Of a stretch of 64,000 bases of DNA, positions 37,481 to 48,156 are shown one piece after another. Within the stretch, counting starts at the first letter, position 1. Every line of letters starts with the position of its first letter. The DNA is from Candidatus Eiseniibacteriota bacterium (GTDB lineage: Bacteria; Eisenbacteria; RBG-16-71-46). The notes below the pieces were generated by a model. That model saw only the letters and a list, made by a program, of their open reading frames with translations. It searched no databases and was not told the origin of the DNA. The position numbers and the translations under genes were made by a program. The stretch is from contig OY970178.1 in NCBI GenBank assembly GCA_963707915.1, positions 3,328,001 to 3,392,000 on the forward strand, in the 5' to 3' direction.

Positions 37481-38938
37481 CTACCGAACCAACTGAGATA
37501 GAAGGACGGCCTGTGGTTCACCTCGCTGCCAACATTCCTGCAAAGCGAGCAACTGCTCCCGACCGATGATATGGATTCTGTGCTCGCGGGCGAACCGCAG
37601 GGTTGCGCTCGGGACATGGCTCTGAGGCTTCGGATGAAAGAACGCGAGGTAAGTCCCGAGGAACCCGGGCGTGACAACTGAACTCGCAATCGACCGCGCC
37701 CGCGCCGTTAAGACCTCGAGCATCTCGGTAGTGGGGGCGATGACCTTGCACTCCGCGACGAGGATGGCGTCCTCGCTCAACTCCGCGACAATGTCGGGGG
37801 CGTGGTCGGGGCTCCTGAAACCATAGCGAACTGCGGGAATGCCGCAGAGTTGCAGGAGTGTCACCACGTAGTGCTCAAACCCATCAGCGCCCCGATGCTG
37901 CTTGGCGCCATCTAGCAGCCCGGTTAGCCACTTCCCATCGGGGTCAATGAGTGCGTAAGCTTGGCTGCTAAGCTTCGGAATCCCAACGCGGGTCTCGTCC
38001 ACGGTGTCTTCGCCCACCATCAGCCTGAGCTCCCAGACACCCTCAAGCCGTTCTAGGGTCGTGTCGAGACGCCAGCAATCACCATGGTTTGTGAAGTCGC
38101 CTCGGCTAAATCCGAGCGGCCGGTCCGAGGAGTCATGGATTGCGTAGAGTTGAATCGGCAAACTGGAGTCGGTTGTACTCAGCTCGACCTGTAGCCGGGC
38201 ATCCAGAAGGCCCAGGCTGGCCGACTGGATACGGCAGTAGGTCGGGATGAGGACCTCGAGGAGAGCAGGGTCATTGCCAGGCAAGGCGAATGGAGCGTCG
38301 GGATTGCCCAGGAACCTACACAACTGCCGGTAACTACCCAGCTTTCCATCAGACCATGCCAATAGCCGTCGGTCGAGGGCCGCACGTACGTCCTCGCCAG
38401 CAACCGTGATTATGTTCTCACCTGAGCCCAGTAGGCTGTGAGTCGGCCAACCGGTCGTTTCCCGGCCGGGCCGGAAGTACTCGAAGAAGCTCCAATGGTA
38501 CGGCGTACCGTCGGGGCGGACGAGGCGTAGATCGGAGCCGCGGAGCGGCATCCTCCCGTCGGCGAGCCCAAGAAGAGCTTCATCAAGTTCTCGTAGCGAG
38601 AACCACCTCCGACAGGCGAAGTACTGCCCAACATCGAGGTTGGCGCTCCAGCTTGCATCCGGGGCGGCGGGAGAGAGCACGATGCGGCAGTGGAGGTTTC
38701 GAAGCTCCAAGCCATTCCGAGCGGCGAGGCAGGACACCCGGGCTCCTTCGTAGGAGCGCTTCGCCATCTCGGTCGATAGTTGGTCAAACACCGATGGACT
38801 CACCCCAAGCACCCCCTGCTCATGTGGCGGTCTCACTTTCCACAGCACGTCAGCCGTACGCGCCTCCACCCATCTTCCTGTGCCCGCACAGAGTTCTATG
38901 CTGACACAGGCTGGATCAACTGTCACCGATAGCCCCAC
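37481..38938 (-). CDS. Hypothetical protein with C-terminal PD-(D/E)xK restriction-endonuclease-like domain
   Basis: FEHYVVTLL...APDIVA...VAECK near the C-terminus. The start is uncertain. Confidence 0.65.
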   Translation of the reverse strand: MGLSVTVDPACVSIELCAGTGRWVEARTADVLWKVRPPHEQGVLGVSPSVFDQLSTEMAKRSYEGARVSCLAARNGLELRNLHCRIVLSPAAPDASWSANLDVGQYFACRRWFSLRELDEALLGLADGRMPLRGSDLRLVRPDGTPYHWSFFEYFRPGRETTGWPTHSLLGSGENIITVAGEDVRAALDRRLLAWSDGKLGSYRQLCRFLGNPDAPFALPGNDPALLEVLIPTYCRIQSASLGLLDARLQVELSTTDSSLPIQLYAIHDSSDRPLGFSRGDFTNHGDCWRLDTTLERLEGVWELRLMVGEDTVDETRVGIPKLSSQAYALIDPDGKWLTGLLDGAKQHRGADGFEHYVVTLLQLCGIPAVRYGFRSPDHAPDIVAELSEDAILVAECKVIAPTTEMLEVLTARARSIASSVVTPGFLGTYLAFFHPKPQSHVPSATLRFAREHRIHIIGREQLLALQECWQRGEPQAVLLSQLVR

Positions 38939-38964
38939 CCGCCCCCTGACAAAGGAGCCTTCCC

Positions 38965-39690
38965 ATGAAGGCTCAAGAACACACCCGCACGGTCGAAGTC
39001 CACGACCGCGCGGGCAACGTCGTCGGCTCCAAGGAGGTCGTGCTCTACGCTGGCCTGCTCAACCAGGCCCACGAGGAGGGACTCTCCAAGGTCCGCACCT
39101 CGATCCTCCAGATCCCCACGGAGGAGAACGGCCGCCTCGCCATCGTCAAGGCCGAGGTCGAGACCGCCGAAGGGCCTCTTCGAAGCGCTCGGCGATGCCT
39201 GTCCCGAGAACGTCGATGAGTTCCTCGCCCCGCACCTGATCCGCGTGGCCGAGACCCGGGCCAAGGCCCGCGCCCTCCGTGACGCCGTCAACGTCGGCGT
39301 CGTCTCCTTCGAGGAGTTGGACGGCGTCAGCCTGGACCGGGACTCAAGCCCCGGATCGGGTGCCCGACCGCCGCCGCGCTCCCCGCGCCACGCCGAGCAA
39401 CGGCTCCGGCTCCCGCGCGCCCGCGCAGCAACGGCCACGAGCCGACCGCCCCGGTCGGCAACGGCACCGAGCCCATGACCGAGGCCCAGCGCCGCTACCT
39501 GTTCCGCCTCATGGCGGGGCAGGGCTACCAGAAGGAAGCCGCCGAGGACCGCCTGAAGGACCTCTTCGAGGTCTCGGCACTCACCGAGATCACGAAGGTG
39601 GCCGCGACGAAGATGATCGACGAACTCCTGAACTCCGCCCCCGGCAACGGGGATGGCGGGAATGGAGCCGACGCGCGTCCTCTCCGTTAG
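38965..39690 (+). pseudogene. Putative single-strand annealing (Rad52/ERF-like) protein, frameshifted
   Basis: YAGLLNQAHEEGL, AETRAKARALRDAVNVG and MTEAQRRYLFRL lie in three separate ORFs. AAGGAG RBS. Confidence 0.6.
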
Positions 39691-40506
39691 CCAGGTCAAC
39701 GCCTACCTCGGCTGTCCCGCTCAAGTACCGCTTCCAGTACGTGGACAAGATCCCGAGACCCTGGCGGGTCGCCGCCATGGCCTTCGGCACGTCGGTCCAT
39801 GCCGCCGTCGAGTGGTTCCACCGGGAACGGCTCGCCGGCCGGCACGCCCGGAGCTGACCGAGGTCCTCCAGGTCTTCGACGCCGACTGGTACGCGCAGAA
39901 CGTGGAGCCGCTCGTCTTCTCGGAACGGGAGTCCGAAGGACTCTCTCGCCGAGAAGGGCCGCGCGATGCTCCAGCTCTACGTCGAGTCCGCGAACGGGAC
40001 GAAGCCGGTCGCGGTCGAGCAGCCATTCGAGCTGGACCTCGCCGATCCCGAGACCGGCGAACTGCTCGACGTGCGGCTCCGCGGCATCATCGACCTCGTG
40101 GAGGAGGGGGAGACGCTGGTCGATCTCAAGACCGCCGGCCGGACCCTCGAGCAAGGGGGCCTCGAACGGCACCTGCAGCTCTCCACGTACGCGCTCGCGT
40201 TCCTCCTCCTCCACGGCTCGCATCCCCAAGCTCCGGCTCGACATGTTGCTCAAGACCGCGAAGCCGCGGCTCGAGCGGCACGCCACCACCCGCACCGTCG
40301 AGGATCTCGGCTGGACCGCCCGGCTCATCCACGAGGTCGCGCCCGCGATCGAGACCGAGCACTTCTTCCCCAACCCGAGCTGGCGCTGCACCGAGTGCGA
40401 GTACTTCGCCCACTGCCAACAGTGGCGAGGGACCTGGCCTCGGCCTAGCGAGCAGCTCGTGACCGTCAGTGACGGGGAAGGTGTCGGCGAGTCCGCAGGC
40501 GCGTAG
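39662..40506 (+). pseudogene. PD-(D/E)xK RecB/Cas4-like exonuclease, frameshifted
   Basis: LSVSQVNAYLGCP, FGTSVH, RGIIDL...VDLKT, QLSTYA and CTECEYFAHC across frames. Confidence 0.8.
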
Positions 40507-40625
40507 GCCCTCAGGGGTCGTTGCGTGCTATCGGGGGCCACGGACGGCTTCTGAACCCGAGCGTCTGCGGCTCGTCGCACCTTCTCCTGTCTATCTCTCC
40601 AGTTCCTTCCATCCATCGGGGCTCC

Positions 40626-41103
40626 ATGCGTTCGCGCCTGGAGCCCTTCTTCTTTCCCGCCCCTGCATGGAGTCGTCCCGTGTACGTCTGCGAACTGACG
40701 AAGCGCCAGTATCGCGGCAAGAAACCGAGGGAGATCCGCGGGCCCGACGACGTCGTCGCGTTCGTCGGCCCGAAGCTCCGCCGCGAGCAGCGCGAGCACT
40801 TCCTCGTGCTGCTGTTGAACGCCCGGCATGAGGTCGTGGCCCGCGAGACCGTCTCGGTCGGGAGTCTCAACGCCTCGATCGTCCACCCGCGGGAGGTGTT
40901 CCGGCCGGCGGTCCTCGCTTCGGCCGCCGCGCTCGGTGCTCGTTCACAACCACCCCTCGGGTGACCCCGAACCCAGCGAGGAGGACCTCTCGATCACCAA
41001 GCGGCTCGTCGAGGCCGGGGAACTGCTCGGCATCGGCGTGCTCGATCACGTCATCGTCGCCAGCCGGGGTGTCGTCTCGCTCCGCTCGCGGCAACTGCTC
41101 TGA
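40626..41103 (+). pseudogene. radC: RadC-like JAB domain protein, frameshift near 40930
   Basis: [39 protein letters not shown] and VLDHVIV motifs. Confidence 0.85.
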
Positions 41104-41130
41104 ACCCGTCCACGAAGAAGGAAGTCCGTC

Positions 41131-41865
41131 ATGTCTGCAACGCTCGTCGTCCACCGCGGCGGATGGGAGGCCTCCAAGGCCGACCTGGCCGCCGTCCCCG
41201 TGCCTGAGCCCACCGAGAGCTACCACCCGGTGCCGTACGGCCGCTTCGTCGAGGAGGTCGAGCTGCACGTTCCGCGCTTCGGCCTCACGGTCCAGTCGTC
41301 AGCGTTCGCGCTCGCGCGGGAGGGAGGCCAGATGTTCGGCGTCCTGACCTGCGCGAACGGGCAAGCCGCCGCCGACTACGCTCTCGCGATCGGCGTTCGC
41401 AACAGCTACGACCGGAGCCTGGCGGTCGGACTCACGCTGGGCAGTCGCGTGTTCTGCTGCGATAACCTCGCCTTCTCGGGCGAGGTGACCATGCACCGCA
41501 AGCACACGGTCAACGTCTTCCGCGACCTGCCCGACCTGATCTACCGGATGCTCTTCGCAGGTCTCGTCGATGCGGGAGCGGACTGACGGCGAGATCGCGG
41601 CGATGAAGGTTCGCGAATTGCCGCCGGCGCAGGCGCACCACCTGATGGTCGAGGCGATCCGGGCGAACGTCCTGCCCGCGTCGCGACTGCCGAAGGTGAT
41701 CGAGGCGTGGGAGGAGCCGAGGCACGAGGAGTTCGTGCCTCGCACGGCCTGGTCGCTCTTCAACGCCTTCACCGAGGTGCAGAAGGCGCACACGCCCGCG
41801 GGCGCAGATGGAAGGGAGCCTCCGGCTCTCATCGCTCTTTCGGAGGGAGTTGTCCCTCAACTGAC
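41131..41865 (+). pseudogene. DUF932 family protein, frameshifted
   Basis: RNSYDRS, RVFCCDNL, HRKHT and TAWSLFNAFTE across frames. The end is approximate. Confidence 0.78.
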
Positions 41866-42119
41866 CCAAGTGGGCCGTCCAAGCGCGGACGGCCCATGAT
41901 TCTTGCTCCGAGATTCGCCTCAAGAGAGAGACCGCTAAGGAGCTCCTGCTGGCCATCTTGCCCTCGTTGAACTCCGGCAGCATGTCGGCCCCGGCTCGGT
42001 TGAGCGGGCTGGTCGCAAACTGTTACTGTAACCAGTAAGGCGTACCTCGCCGGGCCGCTCGTCGTAGGAGGCAAGCTGCAGCAGCGGCCCGTCGGCTTCT
42101 TGCGACGGGAGGGAACCCC

Positions 42120-43010
42120 GTGCCGGGCAGCACCGTTCACACCGTTGGAGAGCCGCAGCGGCTTGGCGCAAAGCCGGTACTCCGCTGGGCAGGTAGCAAG
42201 CGCAAGCAGCTGGCCCGATTGAGGACCTTCTGGTCGGCGGACCACGTCCGATACGTCGAGCCATTCGTTGGCTCTGCTTGCCTGTTCTTTGAACTGGCCC
42301 CCACCAGCGCGATCTTGGGTGACACAAATGCCCAGCTAGTGGAGTTCTACACCGTCCTCCGCACCGACCCGCGCCGATTGCACCGACGCTTGGCGCACAT
42401 CCCCAGAGATGTCGCGTCCTACTACAAGTGGCGCGAGATGGTCCCCGCGAGGTTGGACAAGGAAACGCGGGCCCTGAGGTTCCTCTATCTCAACCGCAAC
42501 TGCTTCAACGGGATCTACCGAACCAACGTCAAGGGCGAGTTCAATGTTCCGTTTGGCAAGAAAGTGGGAGCATACCCAACCGCAATTGACTTCGCGCGCT
42601 GCGCCGATCTGCTGAAGCACGTCAAGCTGGTTGCTCAGGACTTCGAGAAGACTCTGGAAGGAGTTGGCTCGGGTGACTTCGTTTACCTGGATCCCCCCTA
42701 CGCGCTGGACTCGCGAAGGGTGTTTCGTCAGTACGGACCAGGATCATTCAAGACGACGGACGTAGCTCGGCTCGGCAAGTCCCTCAAGCGGGCGCATGCA
42801 CGAGGTGCGCATTTCCTCGTTTCCTACGCAGACTGTACGGCCTCTCGCGTCCTGGCGAGGGAGTGGGTCTCGGTTCGCCTGCCGATCCAACGCCATGTCG
42901 CGGGTTTCGCGGACGAACGCAGGCGGGCCTATGAGTGGCTCATCTCCAACCAGCCGATACCTTCGGGAGTTGGAAGTAAGACTCCAAAGCGAACGGAGCC
43001 CAGGGCATGA
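42120..43010 (+). CDS. Dam-family (D12) DNA adenine methyltransferase
   Basis: LRWAGSK, EPFVGS, LNRNCFNGIYR and YLDPPY motifs. Confidence 0.9.
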   Translation: MPGSTVHTVGEPQRLGAKPVLRWAGSKRKQLARLRTFWSADHVRYVEPFVGSACLFFELAPTSAILGDTNAQLVEFYTVLRTDPRRLHRRLAHIPRDVASYYKWREMVPARLDKETRALRFLYLNRNCFNGIYRTNVKGEFNVPFGKKVGAYPTAIDFARCADLLKHVKLVAQDFEKTLEGVGSGDFVYLDPPYALDSRRVFRQYGPGSFKTTDVARLGKSLKRAHARGAHFLVSYADCTASRVLAREWVSVRLPIQRHVAGFADERRRAYEWLISNQPIPSGVGSKTPKRTEPRA

Positions 43011-43972
43011 GCAAGAAACCACATGACTATGGGGTACGGGTGATCGGCGTGAAGGAGATCGCGACGGCGAGCCTGTATGCGAATCCTCACAACCCCCGTC
43101 GTCTCTTCGACAGGCAGGACATGGACGCCCTGCGCGACTCCATTGACAAGCTTGGCATCCTCGTGCCCCTTACGGTCTATAGGGAAGCCCGGTCTGGTCA
43201 CTACGTAATCCTCGATGGACAACGTCGATGGATGTGCGCGACCGAGCTGAAATTGAAGGTCGTTCCTGTCAACGAAGTTGCCGAGCCTGATCTTGTCCAG
43301 AATATTGTGACGATGTTCCAGATTCATCGGCTTCGAAGAGACTGGGAGCTAATGCCGACGGCGCTCAAACTCCAACTGCTCATGAATGAGCTGGATGAGA
43401 AGAACCCCCGGCGCTTGGCCGAACTCACAGCCCTCGATGAAGCAGTGGTCGTGCGCTGCAAGAAGCTCTTGTCCTACCCCAAGCGCTACCAGGACATGAT
43501 GCTAACCGCGGAGCCGAGCAGCCGGATCAAGGCGGATTTCTTCATCGAACTATATGTGGTTCGAAATGATCGTTTCGTGAACGGGCTTGAGTGGTACGAC
43601 CGGAACAACTTCACGGACGCCATGCTAGAGAAGATCGAGGTCGGCGGCCTGAAGTCTGTGACCGACTTCCGCAAGGTAAAACAGCACATAAACAACGCAG
43701 TCAAGGCAAACAAGAATGTGGTCATCGCACGTCGACTTCGGGAATTCGCGCAGGATCCAGTTCTTACCACAGACCATCTTGACATCGACTCGGCCAGAAT
43801 CGCGACGGGCGCGCGAAAGATGATTGCCGCGGTCGAGAAACTCCACGCGCAGATTGATTCTATTGAGCTCGAGGAGTATGTCGGCGAGAACGAGATGTGG
43901 GAGGGCCTGAAGAAACTATCTGAGCTGATCCGCAAGCGCCTTCGTGCTCTGGGCTGGAGGCTTGATCAATGA
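43007..43972 (+). CDS. ParB/Srx N-terminal domain protein
   Basis: NPHNPRR, GILVPLTV and ILDGQRRW motifs. ATGA overlaps on both sides. Confidence 0.85.
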   Translation: MSKKPHDYGVRVIGVKEIATASLYANPHNPRRLFDRQDMDALRDSIDKLGILVPLTVYREARSGHYVILDGQRRWMCATELKLKVVPVNEVAEPDLVQNIVTMFQIHRLRRDWELMPTALKLQLLMNELDEKNPRRLAELTALDEAVVVRCKKLLSYPKRYQDMMLTAEPSSRIKADFFIELYVVRNDRFVNGLEWYDRNNFTDAMLEKIEVGGLKSVTDFRKVKQHINNAVKANKNVVIARRLREFAQDPVLTTDHLDIDSARIATGARKMIAAVEKLHAQIDSIELEEYVGENEMWEGLKKLSELIRKRLRALGWRLDQ

Positions 43973-44796
43973 GGGTGCCTCGGCCGCCCGGCGCCTCTAT
44001 CGACAAGAAACGCATGGCCAGGTGGAAGAACGAATTCACCGCCTACAGGAGCTCGGTGACCGAATTCTCCATCTCCAGCTGGCTTGACCAGTTCAAGGCG
44101 CATGAACGGGACACTGCCGCAAGAGTGCTCGACGCGGTCGAGTTCTATGGTGACGAGCGCATTGCCACGGCATTTCGGAAGGGGCTCGAAGCGATCCCGG
44201 GGTGGAGCAGCACGCAGAGCGAACGCTCAGGCCGTTGGAGGTTCGCACCCTTTTCCCGCACCCCAGGCGAGAGTGGCGATGCAATGATGCACCGCTTCCG
44301 GATGGCCAACAGGCTGACCGGCAAGGCGCACGATGGCATGTTCAAGTACGCAAGCGAACTGATGGACGAGAAGCTCGGACCGGAAGACACGGTAATTCTG
44401 GTCGACGACTTCGTGGCAACTGGGGACTCGGTGTGCTCGAAGTGGGCCGACGGGTTCGAGGAATTGGTCGGAGAGGCTGGGTCGGTGTTTCTGGTGCTCG
44501 TGGCGGCCGTAACTTCTGCTCAGAAGCGGATCATGAAAGAGACTGGGCTGACCGTGCTCGCCGCCCATGATCTTGGCAAGGCTGACAACGTATTTGAGGA
44601 TGGCTGTCGGCACTTCAAGCCGGCCGAGAAGGCGTGCCTGCTGCGCTACGGAGCAATCGCAGATAAGAAGCGGCCAAAGGGCTACGGGGACTGCGGGCTG
44701 GTCGTTGTATTTCAGCACCGGTGCCCTAACAACTCATTGCCGATCCTGCACGCGGAACACAAGAAATGGACGGCGCTGTTCCCTCGGAACAGCTAG
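43969..44796 (+). CDS. Phosphoribosyltransferase-like (PRTase-CE type) protein
   Basis: WLDQF, ESG, ILVDDFVATG, GYG and PNNSLPIL...WTALFPR motifs. Confidence 0.8.
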   Translation: MRVPRPPGASIDKKRMARWKNEFTAYRSSVTEFSISSWLDQFKAHERDTAARVLDAVEFYGDERIATAFRKGLEAIPGWSSTQSERSGRWRFAPFSRTPGESGDAMMHRFRMANRLTGKAHDGMFKYASELMDEKLGPEDTVILVDDFVATGDSVCSKWADGFEELVGEAGSVFLVLVAAVTSAQKRIMKETGLTVLAAHDLGKADNVFEDGCRHFKPAEKACLLRYGAIADKKRPKGYGDCGLVVVFQHRCPNNSLPILHAEHKKWTALFPRNS

Positions 44797-45148
44797 CTGG
44801 GCTAGTTATGTCCAGCCACTGCCATTCGAATGGGGCTGTCCCTCGACTGAATCACCCACAGGGCTGTCGGATTCTCGATGGCCCCGTCTTCACTTTCGAC
44901 GCCCAAGGCCGCTCGGATGCAGTTGACGAATGCCTCAAGACGTGGCTAAATAACTGTATCATCTAGGCTTACTGCATCTCTGGATTGCCGTTCATCTGCC
45001 TTCAGTTGTTTCGGTCGCTCGCGCGCACGGTCCTCTCCGGAAGCCGCGCGCCGGGCAGAACCACGGCTTGATCCATGACGCGACGCCTCCGACGTCGACT
45101 TCGCGCAGGGGTGCAGGTCTGCCACCTGAGACCTGCCCACTACCTTCT

Positions 45149-47521
45149 ATGACCTTGAGCGAATCCGATACCCGCGCCAAACTGATCGATCCCGCCCTCC
45201 ACGCCCGTGGCTGGACGGAGGATTTGATTCGCCGTGAGGAAACAGCCGGCGCAATCGAAATCATCGACGGTCGCCCACGCCGGCAGGCCAAAGGCCGCGT
45301 GGACTACACCCTGCGGATCAAGGTGAACCCGGACACACAGCCTGTCGCAGTAGCCCTCATCGAGGCGAAGGCCGAGCACCTGCACCCTGGCCATGGCCTC
45401 GAGCAGGGTAAGGGCTACACCGCCGGGAAGCGGCTCAACGTGCCCTTCGTGTTTTCGTCCAATGGGCACCTGTTCGTGGAGTTCGACAACTTCACGGGCC
45501 TGACGAGTGATCCCCGCCAGCTGAGCGCGTTCCCAACGGTTGAGGATCTCCGTGCCCGTTACGAGCAGGGCATGGGCTTCAGCCTTGGCTCACCCGCGGC
45601 GCGTCCGCTCATCACGCGCTACGTCGGCGGCGAAGCTACCCGCCGCTACTACCAGGACGCGGCAATCCGCGCTGTCTTCGAGAAGATCGCCCGCGGCGAG
45701 AAGAAGGCGCTGCTGTCGCTGGCGACTGGCGCGGGCAAGACCTTCATTGCCGTGAATCTGCTCAAGCGTATCGCCGACGCCGGCATGCTCCGTCGGGCGC
45801 TCTTCGTCTGCGATCGCGACGAGCTCCGCAGCCAGGGGCTCGGAGCGTTCCAGAATGTCTTTGGCTCCGACGCCGCCCCGGTATCGGCCGGCAAGCCGCA
45901 GAAGAACGCCCGCATCCTCGTCGCCACCTATCAGACCCTCAACGTCGACTCGGTGGATGCGGACGCGAACTTCCTGACCAAGAACTACCCCGAGAACTAC
46001 TTCAGCCACATCATCATCGACGAGTGCCACCGCTCCGCGTGGGGCAAGTGGTCCCTGGTGCTGACCCGCAACCCAGACGCCGTCCAAGTCGGACTCACCG
46101 CGACGCCGCGGACGATCCAGTTCACTGAGAAGAGCAAGGAAGCTGAAGCCGACGCACAAGTTTCGGCTGACAACCTCCGCTATTTCGGTGAGCCGGTCTA
46201 CGAGTACGACATGAGTCAGGGTATCGAGGATGGCTACCTCGCGGCGTGCGAGATCGTGCGCCGGGACATCTTCTTCGACACGAAACAGACGAGCGAGCGC
46301 GAGGCTGGCCTCACTCAGGAGGATCTTGCCGGCAAGGCAATCGTTGACGCCAAGACGGGAGAGACCCTGTCCATCGGCGAGGCCCGTGCCCGCTACGACG
46401 CCACGAGCTTCGAGGATAGGCTCCTCCTGCCAGAGCGCGTGAAGGCGATGGCCGAGGACTTCTTCGCACACCTACTCGCCACCGGCGGCCCAGAGCAGAA
46501 GACAATCATCTTTTGCGCCCGCGACCGGCACGCCGACGACATCGCGACTGCCCTGAACAACCTCTACGCGACCTGGTGTAGCCGGGAGGGGCGCGAGCGA
46601 CTGGACTCGTACGCCTTCAAGTGCACCGCTACGAGCAACGGCGGTGACTACCTACCAGACCTGCGTGGCGGATCACGCCATCACTTCATCGCGACCACGG
46701 TGGACCTGTTGACCACAGGCGTCGACGTGCCGAACGTGCGAAACATCGTCTTCTTCAAGTACGTCCGTTCACCGATCGCGTTCTACCAGATGGTCGGTCG
46801 CGGCACCCGCCTGGACCCCGCCACCGGCAAGCTCATGTTCCGCGTCTACGACTACACCGACGCGACGCGGCTGTTTGGCGAGGAGTTCATCACGAAGCTC
46901 CCGACCCCGCGTGGCCCGATCGGACCGGGCCCGGAACCACCAGAGCCCCCTGAGCGCACGCTGCTCGTCGAGGGATTCGACGTTCGGGTCACTGACGCCG
47001 GCCGCTACATCCTGACCATGGTTGACGGGAAGGCAGTGCCCGTGACGGTTGAGGAGTACAAGGAACGCGTCGCTGCCCGCCTCGTGGAGGAGGCGAAGAC
47101 GCTCGACGAGTTCCGCAAGCGCTGGATCGCACCGGAGGAGCGCAGGGAGATGCTGGGGCGTCTGCCTGATGCTGGTCGTTCGGCCATGTTGGTGCGCGCT
47201 CTTGAGGACATGGCGGACTACGACCTCTACGACGTACTCGCGGATCTTGGATACGGGATGGCGCCACGCACGCGCCTCGAGCGCGCAGACTCGTTTGCCT
47301 ACAAGCATCAGGAGTGGCTTGCGCAGCTTCCGGACAAGGCGTCCGCGACTCTCAAGGCGATCGCTGGGCAATTCGCCGACGGCGGAACGGATGGGCTCGA
47401 GAATCCGCAGGTATTCCAGACTCCTGCCGTCGTGCGTGCCGGCGGCCTGCCGGCACTCCGGGTGATTGGTCGCCCCGCTGAGGTTCTGCGCGAGACTAAG
47501 CAGAGGATGTTCGCCGCATGA
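45149..47521 (+). CDS. hsdR: Type I restriction enzyme R subunit (EcoEI-like)
   Basis: SESDTRAKLIDP, IEAK, LATGAGKT, DECHRS, TATP, LLTTGVD and QMVGRGTR motifs. Confidence 0.92.
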   Translation: MTLSESDTRAKLIDPALHARGWTEDLIRREETAGAIEIIDGRPRRQAKGRVDYTLRIKVNPDTQPVAVALIEAKAEHLHPGHGLEQGKGYTAGKRLNVPFVFSSNGHLFVEFDNFTGLTSDPRQLSAFPTVEDLRARYEQGMGFSLGSPAARPLITRYVGGEATRRYYQDAAIRAVFEKIARGEKKALLSLATGAGKTFIAVNLLKRIADAGMLRRALFVCDRDELRSQGLGAFQNVFGSDAAPVSAGKPQKNARILVATYQTLNVDSVDADANFLTKNYPENYFSHIIIDECHRSAWGKWSLVLTRNPDAVQVGLTATPRTIQFTEKSKEAEADAQVSADNLRYFGEPVYEYDMSQGIEDGYLAACEIVRRDIFFDTKQTSEREAGLTQEDLAGKAIVDAKTGETLSIGEARARYDATSFEDRLLLPERVKAMAEDFFAHLLATGGPEQKTIIFCARDRHADDIATALNNLYATWCSREGRERLDSYAFKCTATSNGGDYLPDLRGGSRHHFIATTVDLLTTGVDVPNVRNIVFFKYVRSPIAFYQMVGRGTRLDPATGKLMFRVYDYTDATRLFGEEFITKLPTPRGPIGPGPEPPEPPERTLLVEGFDVRVTDAGRYILTMVDGKAVPVTVEEYKERVAARLVEEAKTLDEFRKRWIAPEERREMLGRLPDAGRSAMLVRALEDMADYDLYDVLADLGYGMAPRTRLERADSFAYKHQEWLAQLPDKASATLKAIAGQFADGGTDGLENPQVFQTPAVVRAGGLPALRVIGRPAEVLRETKQRMFAA

Positions 47522-48156
47522 CCAGGCACAAGCCACTCTTGCCAAAGGCGCTCCCTACTGCTCATGATCTCCCAAAGGGCTGGTGGTGGGCTGATCTCGG
47601 AAAGGCCCTGGAGCAGCGCAAGCAGTTCATCCTCGTCGAGGACGAAGAGCGCTATCAGCGCGTCACGGTGCAGTTGCACGGCCGCGGCATCTTGCCCCGA
47701 GATCATGTGCTTGGAAAGGCCATCAAGACAAAGAAGCAACAGGTCGTTGCGGCTCATGACTTCCTTGTCGCAGAGATCGACGCGAAGATGGGCGGCTTTG
47801 GAATTGTCCCGGCTTCTCTCGCGGGAGGAATCGTCAGCAGCCACTACTTCACCTTCGCGATCAACACTGACCTCCTTTTGCCGGCCTTCTTGGAGGTCTT
47901 CATTCGAACGGGGTTCTTGACGCGTGCCATTCTCGTCCATGTTCGTGGCTCGTTGAACTACGCCGCGATCCGGCCTCGCCACGTCCTTGGCATACAGTTT
48001 CCTTTTGCAGAGCCAACGACTCAAGAAACGCTTATCGCCCAGATCAAGCAGGTGGATCTAGCGCGCGCCGCCCTCAACGAACAACTAGGCATCCTGGATG
48101 CGATGCCTGCCGCCTTCATTAGAGCCGCCCTCGGTGGCGCTGTTCCGAACCCATGA
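47518..48156 (+). CDS. hsdS: Type I RM specificity subunit, half-size (single TRD)
   Basis: LPKGWWWADLG start, one TRD and a C-terminal coiled coil (LDAMPAAFIRAAL). Overlaps both hsdR and hsdM. Confidence 0.8.
   Translation: MTRHKPLLPKALPTAHDLPKGWWWADLGKALEQRKQFILVEDEERYQRVTVQLHGRGILPRDHVLGKAIKTKKQQVVAAHDFLVAEIDAKMGGFGIVPASLAGGIVSSHYFTFAINTDLLLPAFLEVFIRTGFLTRAILVHVRGSLNYAAIRPRHVLGIQFPFAEPTTQETLIAQIKQVDLARAALNEQLGILDAMPAAFIRAALGGAVPNP

Noticed and set aside
39662..40506. Cas4-like nuclease as evidence of CRISPR-Cas
   Set aside because: The context is a phage/ICE recombination module (annealing protein, RadC, DUF932). No cas1/cas2 or array is present.
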